Assembly (NCBI GenBank): GCA_050613775.1
Contig: JBODTK010000159.1
Location: 186,001 to 250,000, forward strand
DNA length: 64,000 bases
Reading direction: 5' to 3'
Origin: Neocallimastix sp. 'constans'
Lineage: Eukaryota
The stretch's first letter is position 1, and each line of letters starts with the position of its first letter. Shown here piece by piece: positions 14,770-26,500 of this stretch. The notes beneath the pieces were generated by a model. The model made no database searches. It was not told where the DNA came from and saw only the letters and a list, made by a program, of their open reading frames with translations. The position numbers were made by a program, and so were the translations under genes.

Positions 14770-16445
14770 TTAAAATAAAATTTTATTTGGTTTTATTTTT
14801 TCTAAATCTTCAATTTCCTTTTCCAATTGTTCTTTAATTTTTCTGTTTTTCTCTATTTCAACCAAAGTTTCCTTTTATTTTAAAATTAAAAAAAAAATAA
14901 AATAAAATAAAATATTATATATCATATATAGATATAAGAAAAAAATTATAATATAATACATATATATATATACATAAATATTTTAATATTTACCTTCATT
15001 AAATCTGAAATTTGACCAAACATAACTTCTTGTTGTTTAACACAATTTTTATTGGTAGTAATATCAAAAATACTTTGAAATTTACTTACTGAACTATTAA
15101 TTTTTTTTTTTTTAAAAAGTACAAAAAAAAAAAAAAAATTAAGTATTACTTCAAATATAGCAATATTTATAAATAAAAAATAATAGAAAAAAAAATAATT
15201 GAAATATTGAATATAATTTGAAAATTAATACCTTATATTTGTAGTTGGTGCTGTAGTAATAAAATTTTTATATTTTTCGTGTGCACTTTCAACCATATTT
15301 GTTATTATAATTGGGATTTTTTCAAATCCTTTTCTAAAATTTTATTATTCCATAACATTTTTTTTACAAAAAAAAAAAAAAATAATAATAATAATAAAAA
15401 AAAATAATAAAATAAAAAAAAAAATGAACTGTCAATATCTTATTTTAAAGTTAAATTAATAATAAATGCTAATATTTTATTATTTTACGTTTCTGTATGT
15501 GTATAAAAGCAATATTCATATTTATAAGTTGTATGGTTTTTATTTGCAGATAAATTAAAAATGCCAAGAATGGGTATATGTTCAATGTTATTTATTTTAA
15601 GATTATTTTTTATATAAAAAATGTTTGAAATTTCTTTTAAAGAGGGTTTCATTATTGAATTAGGACGAAATCTAAAATATCCTAATAATTGCTATTATAT
15701 ATATATATAAATATAATATATTAAATAATAGTTAAATGAATATATTAGTATTTCTTTAAATTATCAAATGAAATAATAATAACAATAATATTAATAATTT
15801 CTTTTTCTAATTATTATTGATATTATATTTTAATTAAAATATATATATATATATATATATAGAAAACGAACTTGATCTTTATTTTTTTCAAGAATTTGTG
15901 ATAATTCTGATTGCTGAGTTTCTTCAGCTTCAAAAGGATTTACTGTATTACTAGCCTCAAGGGAATTACTTTTTAAAATCTCAAATGTATTAATAACTAA
16001 ATATATAAAATTTTATTTTAAATTAAGTCCGATCATATAAACATTTTATTTATTAAAAAAATATTTAATTTTAATTAATTTATTATTTATTTAAACTAAT
16101 ATAAACAAGGACAAGAATTATTTATATACCTATAATTTGGTCAGTTTTTACTGAAGTTGAGACTTCATCAGAATGTATATCCCAAATATTATAATTTATA
16201 GAACCGAATAATAATCCTTCCTTTTATATTAACAATCAAATATTTTAATAAGTATATAAAATAATTTTTTTTTTTTACCTAATAATAATAATAATAATAA
16301 TGCCTTTACTTACAGTATTATTTCCATAGATATGAAAATGTTTAAATAAAGATGCCATTAAGGCACCTGAAATATAAATATTATTATTAGATTTATTTTT
16401 ATCTGGAACAACACCAAAATTAGCAAGATTAATTTTATCAGACAT
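14770..16445 (-). CDS. Abraxas/FAM175-like (BRISC/BRCA1-A scaffold) MPN-minus domain protein with C-terminal coiled coil, multi-exon
   Basis: Exons translate to IYISGALMASLF...EGLLFGS...QLLGYFRFRPNSIMKPSLKE, resembling Abraxas motifs (SG..L....EGFLLG...GWYKFRR...RE). The last exon ETLVEIEKNRKIKEQLEKEIEDLEK is coiled-coil-like. Absent from the ORF track because the exons are small. Confidence 0.65.
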
Positions 16446-17302
16446 TTTTTTTATTTTATTTTCTATTTAATTTAATTTTGTTTTTCAATTCTTGATTTAT
16501 TTAAATTAAATATAAACAAATTTCATTTTAATATAATTTCAAAATAATACATATATATATTTAATTATTATTATTAAAACTATATATATATTTCATTATT
16601 TATTCTCTTTATTATAAATTTATAAATACAAATTATCTCAATAATAATTTATATTTATATTATTAATTTTATAACTATTATTACAATATAAGCAAATTAA
16701 CTAAAAAACGTAATAATATGTACAATATTATGATATTTAAATATAATTATTTTTTATATAATTAATTTATATTTAATAAATTATAAAAACTTCTTTAATC
16801 ATTTATCCTTAATAATAAAAAAAAGTTTTAGGAATGATTATTAATATATAAAAAAAATTTTTTTTTTTATGATTTAATTTAATTATGGAAGGTATATGGA
16901 AGGTATCCGAAAAGTTAAAAATCAAAAAAATAAAATACAATAAAAATAAAAATAAAAATAAAAATAAAATAAAATAAACAATAAAAAAAAAAAAAAAAAA
17001 TGAATATAAATAAAAATAAAGAAAAAATAATTTATAACAATGATACATATACCAAAATATTATTTATTTATTTTTTAAAATATATTTTATTAATTTATTT
17101 GCATTTCTATATAATTTTTTTTAATTGATTGTTTTTTTTTTTTTAAATGTTTACATTCTAATATTATCTAATATAAATGCTTTTTTTTTTTTTTTTTTGT
17201 ATAACCTTAAGTTAACTTAAGTTTTTTTTTTTTTTTTTCTTATTTTTTACTTTCGGTTTTCTTCTTTCTTTCATTTTTTTTTTTTTTTTGTTATCAAATA
17301 AA

Positions 17303-17885
17303 TTAATTATTTTTCTTGCTCTTTTGCTTGTTAGCTGCTGGCTTCTTAGCTTCAGTCTTCTTGTTCTTATTGGCGTAAATCATACTAGTGAATGGTCTAT
17401 TTAAATTTAAATATTTTAAAAATATATGTATATATTAAATTTAATTAAAATACTTATAAATATTTTATTTTTATTTGAAATAAAAATATGTATAAGTATT
17501 AATAATTCTTTAAAAATAAATAACAATAAAAATAAATTAATTACCCTTCGAATTTTAATGCAATAACATAAACAATCCAAACAAGAATGGTTAAAACAAC
17601 ACCAGCACAACTCTTACCTCTATTAAATTAAAATATAAATGAAAAAAAAAATTATATATATATATTTTATATTTCAAGTTAAAAAAATTATCTTATTTAA
17701 ATACTTTTTTTTTTTCTTTCTTTTTATTAATATTTCATATTTAATGATAATAATAATAATAATTACAAAAGAGCAGTTCCTAAGAAGTTTAAGGTGGAAC
17801 CGGTGTACATTGGGTTATCGCAAACATTGAATGGGAAACCAGTAACTCTCTTTTCCATTAAAATTCCAAAGTAATCACCTAATTT

Positions 17886-17920
<35 letters not shown>

Positions 17921-18716
17921 AGATATAAATTTAATATTTATTATTCTAAATAAGATTTACTCATATTATAATAACAATAAATGACCATGTTATATTATTA
18001 TTATTATTACTATTATTATTAAATCTTACCTAAGTAGGTACCGATAATACCTAAAACGTACATAGAGGAGTAAACTAAAACAGAACCAATACCTAAACTA
18101 ATGTAACCAAGAATTTTAACTTTTTGAGTATCAAATAATTTACATTCACTGTCACTTTGAATAGCTTTAGCAAATCTTTAATAATAATATAATAATGATA
18201 TTATAATTATTATTAATTATATATTAATAATAATTTATTAAAATAATAAAATTTAATATATTAATTTAATATTATTTAAATTAAATAAATAATAAAAAAA
18301 AAAAAAAAAAAAAAAAATATTTAATTTTGTTATCGATAATTTACAATAAATCACGAACAATACCAAGAGTGAAAATAACAAATGCTAAGAAGTAGCATCC
18401 CTTCTTTGGACTCTTGAAAATTTTAGTTAAAGTCTTATTTCTGTATTCTATAAAAATAATAATAATAATAATATATAATACATTTTTTTTCATAAAATTA
18501 ATATTACTCTTTTTTTTTTTTTTTTTATCAAGAAAAAAATAATAAATATAATAAAAAATAGTATATTAAACAAAAAAAAAAAAAATTATAAATACCATTT
18601 CTAGCAACGATGTTCCAGAATAATGGATTGAAAATAATGGAACAAGCTGAAATGATAAAGTCTGGGTGAGTATAGTTAACTTTGGAAAAAGCATCAATGA
18701 GAGCTTGGAAATTCAT
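17303..18716 (-). CDS. OPI3: Phosphatidyl-N-methylethanolamine N-methyltransferase (Opi3/PEMT), multi-exon
   Basis: [23 protein letters not shown]...[56 protein letters not shown] and PFTSMIY are hallmark PEMT motifs. The protein ends KSKKNN*. Confidence 0.93.
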
Positions 18717-19039
18717 GTTTTACTATGATAATAATTTATATTATTTGACGAAATTAAATTATCTTTTATTTTTCTAATAAATTGGAATTGTGAAGAAAAA
18801 AAAAAAAAAAGAAAAAAAAAAATCGTATTTTTTTTTATTTTTTGTTTTATTATATATTATTATTTATTATTTATAATATAATATTTTTATTAAAAATATA
18901 TAAATATAATTTATTGCGTAATAAATTATTATTTGTTTATTAATAACTGTTAATAATTGTAGTAAATAAAATTATTTAACAAACATTTATTAATTTATTT
19001 ATTTATATATTTATTTATTATTTATTTAGTTAGTTAGTT

Positions 19040-19151
<112 letters not shown>

Positions 19152-20204
19152 TTAAAAAGTATTAAAAGTATTAATTTCAATATTATTAATTAAAATTTTT
19201 CATAATCTTATACACTAATTATTATTAATTTTTAGTTTAATTATTAAATAATAATACATAAATCAATAATGTAGTACAGATCAATATATTTGATTGGCTG
19301 CTTTTAATGAATGATACATTACAATTTTAATTAATTGATTTATTTTATTTTTTTTATTTTTTTCATACTTTAGATAAAACTAATAAATAAATCAATTTAG
19401 AAAATTAAAATTATCAAAAGAATTAAAATAAAATATTTTTAATAAAAATTATTAATTCTATTTGAATTTTTTTAATTAAATATTTTATAAAAAATATTAT
19501 AATATAAAAAATATATATAACACTTTTCATAAAATTTAGCCTAAACTTATAATAAAAAAAGTTCATTTAGAAGTTAAATTTTATGACAAGTTTAATTTTT
19601 TTTTTTTTAATGTTTACTATGTTTTAATTCATTTTCATAATAATATATATATCTATTAAAATTAAACAAATAAAATCTACTAATAAGAAGGAGTAAAAAA
19701 TTTTGCTCTAAAGAAAATGATTTAATAATGAAGGAATAATATTGTTGAGATAATCAAAGTTTAAAAAAAAAAAAAGATAATAAAAATTACAATTATTTAA
19801 TAATATTGATATTCTTGTTTTTCATTTCTGGTTTTTTTGAGAAATAAATAAACATAAATATATTATTTAAAACATTAAATAAACAAATGTATTTAAAATA
19901 ATATTAAATCTTTATTTTTTTTTTTTTTAAAGTTTATTTATTTTTTTTTCTTTATTTTTTTGGCATGTTAAATTATATTTAAATATTCTAACGAAATATG
20001 AAAAATCAATGCTTATATTAATTATAATATTTCTTTTTTTTTTTATTTATTTATTTATGTTCACTTAATCTATTTGATGATGATAATATATGTAATCTTT
20101 GAAGAATAGAAAAACTTCAATAAAAAGAATATATAATATTTGTTAAAAAAAAATGTTAATGAATGTTATTGTGTATAAAATGAATTTTATTTTCTAAAAT
20201 ATAT

Positions 20205-20702
20205 TGATAAGAATGTACTAAATAATGCATTCTTAATTAAATCTACGATTTATTTCTAATACATTATGTGTACATTATTATTTTTGTACTTTAATAAATT
20301 TTTAAATCCAAAGATCAAAAATTAAATCAAAAATTATATTAAACTTTATATTTTTATATTAAATCTTATATTAAAAGTAATATTTTTATATATTTAAAAC
20401 TTATATTAGCAATATTAATAATAAATCTTATTTTTTTTTTATATTAATAATGAAAATTTATATTAATAATATTTTTATATATTGATAATTAAAAATTTAT
20501 ATATTATATTTTAACTTTTTATTATAAAATTTTATATCGAAATGTTTTATTTTATATTGAAAAATATTTTATTTTATTAAAAACCTTTATATTAGAATAG
20601 TATTTTTATTTTTATTTGAATATTTTAACAGATTGTAATAAAAATTATAGCCAATTAAATAAATTCTTATTAGTAATATTTTAGATATTTTTAAATAAAT
20701 AA

Positions 20703-20772
<70 letters not shown>

Positions 20773-21066
20773 TTTTATTAATATTATAAATGTATTTTAT
20801 TTATATTGTTATAATTAAATTTTATATAATTAATTATAAAAATCAATTTAAATTTAATAGTTTTTATAAAAAAAAAATAAACAAAATGTAATTTAGTGGC
20901 AAGAACAACTTTTATGCCTTGAAAAAAGTATAAATAGTTGTAAATTTTGCTACTAATTTTTAAATATCATCAAGTAAAATTAATAAAATAAATAAAAATA
21001 ATAAATAAATAAATAAAATTTGTGTTTCCTTACTTTATTTTTATTTAATTCTCTAAAACCTTAACA
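20205..21066 (+). repeat. 5' LTR (862 bp)
   Basis: Starts TGATAAG and ends CTTAACA; direct repeat of 27521-28381. Confidence 0.95.
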
Positions 21067-21072
21067 TTTATA

Positions 21073-21090
21073 TGGTGGAGATATCGGGGA
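21073..21090 (+). promoter_or_regulatory. Primer-binding site complementary to the 3' end of a tRNA-Ala
   Basis: TGGTGGAGATATCGGGGA lies 6 nt after the LTR. Its reverse complement TCCCCGATATCTCCACCA has CCA, discriminator A and U70, the Ala identity position. Confidence 0.85.
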
Positions 21091-22087
21091 ATTAAATAGA
21101 AATAATAGTAAATAACATAGATTTTTTTTAATTTTTTTTATTTTATATTGATAAACAAGTAAGTCGTTAATCCTTTGATTAACCTATGGCGCTTGTTTGA
21201 TATATATATATAAAAAAAATTTTTTTTAAATAAGTAAAATTAAGATTCTAAAAAAACAAATTTTGTAAAATTATAACAAGGAGCGGATAGAGCTCATACA
21301 CAGTGTATTCTCAGATAGCAACAAATTAACTCTATTCATAGTAGGTTATTGAATAGTAGTTAATTTGGAGATTAATTGGAAAGTAGACGAAGGTATTTGG
21401 TTACCGACCCGGTAATAATAGTTCAACCTTCAACGTTTCAACACACGAAGGTGCGGGTACTTTCCAAGCACTGGCGAATAAGGAGCTTACGTCACCGAAG
21501 GCGTAAGATTGTTTTTTTTATATAATTTTTTTTACTTTTCTTTGTGCTAGTTATAAGGCACTTTATTATATAAAGTATCAGACTTTGGCTAACTTCGCCA
21601 TTTAAATTTTTTTTATTTTTTTTTATTACTGATACTTTATTTGTTTAATAATTCCTGTAAAAGAATCTTAATTTACTTTGAAAATATTGTGTTTTTAGTT
21701 AATTTTTATTAGTTAATAAAAATATTATTGAATACTTTTAAAATTTTTTTTATTCCGTACATAGATTATCGGATTAAGTTTATCCTACATAGTAATTGGG
21801 CTAGTGGGCTCTGAACTGCTATATTTTATATTGAATATAGTAATCGTGGCACACGCGTGGCATGACACCATTAGGTAAGCTGCACGTCAGACAGTGTGTA
21901 CTATCAGATTGTACGACAATAAAGATTATTTTTTTTTGTATTTAATAATTATAATTAATTAATAATTTTATTAGCTATAACAATACAATATTTATCGTTT
22001 AAAAAGAAAAATTTTTGAAAGGTGAAAATAACAAATAAAACTTTGCTTCTAAATTTATTACTACAAATATACTAAATTACAAAATTC

Positions 22088-22435
22088 AAGTGGTCGATAA
22101 AGATTTCGAACTTAAAATTATTCCATTAAGTTGTCGATAAAGATTTCGAACTTAAAATTATTCCATTAAGTTGTCGATAAAGATTTCGAACTTAAAATTA
22201 TTCTATTAAGTTGTCGATAAAGATTTCGAACTTAAAATTATTCTATTAAGTTGTCGATAAAGATTTCGAACTTAAAATTATTCTATTAAGTTGTCGATAA
22301 AGACTTCGAACTTAAAATTATTCTATTAAGTTGTCGATAAAGATTTCGAACTTAAAATTATTCTTAATAAAGTAGTCGAAAAGAACCTCGTGCTTTATAA
22401 TTTCTACTAAGTTGTCGATAAGGATTTCGAGCTTA
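22088..22435 (+). repeat. 40-bp tandem array (7 near-perfect plus 2 diverged copies) in the retroelement leader
   Basis: Unit AAGTTGTCGATAAAGATTTCGAACTTAAAATTATTC(C/T)ATT at 22088, 22128, 22168, 22208, 22248, 22288 and 22328; diverged copies at ~22369 and ~22409. Confidence 0.95.
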
Positions 22436-22592
22436 TATCTACTAAAGAAAGCAAATAAAATTATTATTTTCAAAAGTTACTAAAATATATTGTTTTAAAA
22501 ATTGATTCGATATTAAATTACCTATTAAATTACATTTTGAAAGTTGGATTTCCCAAATTTATTTGTATTTAATCACCTCATATTTAGACAAA

Positions 22593-23504
22593 ATGTCCAA
22601 AGAAATAACTTTGAGCTTTAAAGAATTGAAAAAAGAATTGAGAGATATTGTGAAACTTAGCAAGGACAATTTAGATATTAAGTCCTGGGCTACTGAATTG
22701 AAACTTTGGATCAAGATACAAGGTATCACAGATCCAGAAACAATATTTAATGCTTGTTTACTTACCAGCTCTGGTGAAGTACAACGCGTTATTGAAGATT
22801 TGGGAGAAGATAGTGATGATGAAAGTGATGATTCATCAGATGAAGAAGAAGAACATGATGAAGAAGAAAATGTTGATGATGATATTAAATTTCCTTCTCT
22901 TGGAAAAATTATTTCAAGTCTTGAAAATTTTTACGGTATTAAAGAAGACCAAAATTTACTTCTTAAAGAACTTCGTGCAATGCGAATTAAAAGAAACGAA
23001 AAGATTAAAGACTTTAATGTAAGATATAGAACTTTGTACACTAAACTTGATAAAAAGAGAAGAAAGCGCATTGGTGTACTAGATTATATTGACTCTATTC
23101 AAAATAATTATGAAGCCTGGAAGAAATTATCCCTTAAAGATGATATAAGTATGGAGAAAGCTTTCAAAATTGCCGAGAAAGTAGATAGACTTTCTGTAAG
23201 GAACAATAATATTAATACCTATAATGTTAATAATTCCCAGCATAATCAAAATAATCAAAACAGTACTACTTCAAGACTTTATCCTAAAAGAAGAAACGAA
23301 ACTTTCCAAACAAGTCAAACAAATAATAAACTGAAACCTCAAGATATTATAGAAGAATCAACCCAGAAAATGAGAAATTTATCTGTTAAAACTTGCTTCT
23401 TCTGTAAGGAAGAAGGTCATTACTCATACTATTGCCCTCAATTAAATAAGATTATGGAAAAAAATAAAAAAGAAATATATTCCAAAAAGTCTTTAAACTT
23501 CTAA
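22593..23504 (+). CDS. gag: Gag with C-terminal CCHC zinc knuckle
   Basis: ORF 22563-23504 with first ATG at 22593; knuckle CFFCKEEGHYSYYC; position upstream of pol. Confidence 0.9.
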   Translation: MSKEITLSFKELKKELRDIVKLSKDNLDIKSWATELKLWIKIQGITDPETIFNACLLTSSGEVQRVIEDLGEDSDDESDDSSDEEEEHDEEENVDDDIKFPSLGKIISSLENFYGIKEDQNLLLKELRAMRIKRNEKIKDFNVRYRTLYTKLDKKRRKRIGVLDYIDSIQNNYEAWKKLSLKDDISMEKAFKIAEKVDRLSVRNNNINTYNVNNSQHNQNNQNSTTSRLYPKRRNETFQTSQTNNKLKPQDIIEESTQKMRNLSVKTCFFCKEEGHYSYYCPQLNKIMEKNKKEIYSKKSLNF

Positions 23505-23544
23505 ATGGGAGCAGAAGCACTCCCAATGACAAAACAATAGCTTC
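23492..23544 (+). promoter_or_regulatory. -1 programmed ribosomal frameshift signal (T TTA AAC plus H-type pseudoknot)
   Basis: Heptamer 23492-23498 in the correct gag phase. Stem TGGGAG(23506-11)/CTCCCA(23520-25); loop GAAGC can pair with GCTTC(23540-44). The -1 frame is the pol frame. Confidence 0.85.
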
Positions 23545-26500
23545 ATTAAATAATTTACAAAATAATACTTTTACCAAGAATACCCCAATTGATAATAATT
23601 CCTTTAATAAAGAATCTGAAGAATCTGATTTTAGTGACACAACTGAAAGTGAGGATAATATCATTATAAATGCTATAAAAAGAAAAATGAATGATAATAA
23701 CAGCGAAAAGGAAGAAAATAATTCCAAGAAAGTACATAAAAGTTTAAAAGATAATCCACGTCCTTTCGCAACTCCTGCTTTAAGAAAGAAGAAAGAAAAT
23801 GAGCTACATAATAAACCAAATAAAGTTTATAAAAATCAAATACTTCCTTCAATTTTAACTCAACCAAATATTAACAAAGAAAAACAAAAAGAAAAGGAAT
23901 TAAGAAAAATAACAAGAGTAAGAGAAAGTAAAGAAGAAAACAACAATTATTCATCAAAAGGAAAGGAAAAAGTTGAATCTGAAGATATACTCGTAATCGA
24001 TAATGAAATAGAAGATCTAGAAATGAATAAAGATAATCAACAAAATAAAACTAATACTTTGGAAAAATTAATTTCAACAAAAACTAAAGAAACTAATAAT
24101 GGAAATACTCAGTTAGTAAAAAGGAATATTAAAATGATGAATAATAAAGAACCTTACAATATTATGGATGATTTAAATAATCTTAAATCCAGTATTACGA
24201 TAGGTCAACTCTTGAATGCATGTCCGAAAATTCGTTCACAACTAACTCAAGGTTTAAAGTTAGAAAAATCTAAAATAATTGGAACTGTAGACAATGTAAT
24301 AGCACGAACTTTATTAGTAAATAACTATGATCATAGCTACATAAGTAAAAGTAATGAAGTAGCCGAAGAAGACTTAGCAATGGTTGATGCAAGTGTTGAC
24401 GGAGTACTAGGAAAACTTTTAATTGATTCTTGTAGTAACCTAAGCATCGTTACTAAGCAGTATTTTGATAAATTACCTGGTGAATATGAAACAGTTGGAA
24501 AAAGTCGTGGAAGAATCCAACTAGCAACACAAGATGAAGAATACTCGGAAGGAATTATTGTTCGATTACCAGTAAAAATTAATAATTATGAATTTAATGC
24601 GGACTTTAGAATTATTGAGAAAGAAGACTCTTTTTATGATATGTTAATAAACTTTAAAACTCAAATTGATCATTGTTTATTTATTCATCCGACCTTAAAC
24701 AGTTTATGTAAACTTTTGTCAGAAAGTGAATACGAAGAAATAGCTAAAATAAATAATCAATATTATGATGAAGAAAGTATAATTTGCACTATTAGAAAAG
24801 TTAAAGAAACGAATAATGAAAAGGAAATTATAAAGGAATTAACTCCAATGGAATTTATTGAGAGTGATGAATTTTTAAGTACCTTAAATAAAGATTATAA
24901 AGAACAAATTATTAAAATTCTCAAAGAAATGATTGACATAGTTGCCACTTCAACAGAAGAACTAACTCCTTCTAAACTTTCACCACATAAGATCCGTTTA
25001 AAAGCAAATTCAAAGCCAGTAAAATTAAGAAGTTATAGGTTAACTAAATTAAAATCAGATATCTTAAAAGAAGAACTTACAAAACTTATTAAGAAAGGAT
25101 TGATAGAACCATCCTGTTCAGAATGGTCATCTCCAGTAGTACTTATTCTAAAACACAATGGAAAGTGGCGCTTGTGCATTGACTACCGAAAAGTCAATGA
25201 TATGACAGAAAAAGATTCTTATTCAGTTCCATATATAGATGAAATTTTTGATAGTCTCGGAGGAGCTAAAATATTTACAACTCTTGATTTATTTTCTGGT
25301 TTTCACCAAATCTTAATGGATGAAGAAAGCGTAGAAGTAACCACTTTCACTACTAAGTTTGGAAATTATCAATTTAAGGTTATGCCTTTTGGACTTACTG
25401 GAGCTCCCTCAACCTTCCAAAGAGAAATGAATAAAATTTTATTCCCTTTTATTGGTGAATTTGTTTACGTATTTATTGATGATGTTTTGATCTATTCAAA
25501 AAGTATCGAAGAACATTTAATTCATATTAAACAAGTATTAGAAGTATTTAAAGAAAACAAGTTAAAAATTAATATTGAAAAGTGCCATTTTCTTCAAACT
25601 GAAGTTGATGTATTAGGTCACAAACTTACTACTAAAGGATTAAGTCCCATGGAAAGTAAAATAACAGCTATTAAGAAGTGGGAAGCCCCTTCATCAATTC
25701 ATGAATTAAGATCATTTCTAGGAGCAGTAGGATATTATCGTGACTTTATTCCTAAATATGCTCAAATTACCTCACCTTTATGTAAATTATTGAAAAAGAA
25801 TACTAAATATGAATGGAATAAAGAACAACAAGAAAGCTTTGAACTCCTAAAAGAAAAATTAATCAATGCACCTATTCTAAAATTTCCGTCATTTGACAAA
25901 CCTTTTATCATTAGAACTGATGCTTCGTATAATGGAATTGGTGGAGTTCTTTTACAAAAAGAAGAAGAAACCGGTAAGGAGCATCCAATACACTTTATAA
26001 GTAGAAGTTTAAAGAAAGCTGAAAAGAATTATGGTATTACCGATTTGGAAGGAACCGCTTTGTTTTACTGTATGACTAAATTTAAATCTTATATTGAAGG
26101 AAATCCACTACCTACAACTATTTACACAGATCATAAACCATTAGTTGGTTTATTTAAGAATAAAGAACCTTTGAATGCAAGGCAAACAAGATGGTGTCTA
26201 ACCGCTAGTATGCTTGGAATTAATATAAAATATGAATCAGGCAAAAAGAATGTGTTAGCTGATGCTCTTTCAAGAATGAAAAGTAAGGAAGAGAGAAAGA
26301 TATTATTAACAAAAATTACTGATGGAAATAATGAAGAATTATTATCTAAAGTTATAAAGGAATTTATTAATGAAAAGTTTACTGTTATTGATGGTGAAGA
26401 TTACTTTATCGACAATGGAAATTATAGAAAATTAATAACGGACGAAAATGAAAGGTTTAAATTAATTTTAGAAGCTCATAATATTGGCCACGAAGGATAT

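Noticed and set aside
21160..21490. HDV-like or hammerhead ribozyme (GGCGAAT at ~21473; also ~33202)
   Set aside because: Could not build the P1/P2/P3/P1.1 nested pseudoknot, and no CUGAUGA...GAAA core was found.
22088..22435. CRISPR array
   Set aside because: Units are head-to-tail with no unique spacers, there are no cas genes, and the context is a eukaryotic retroelement.
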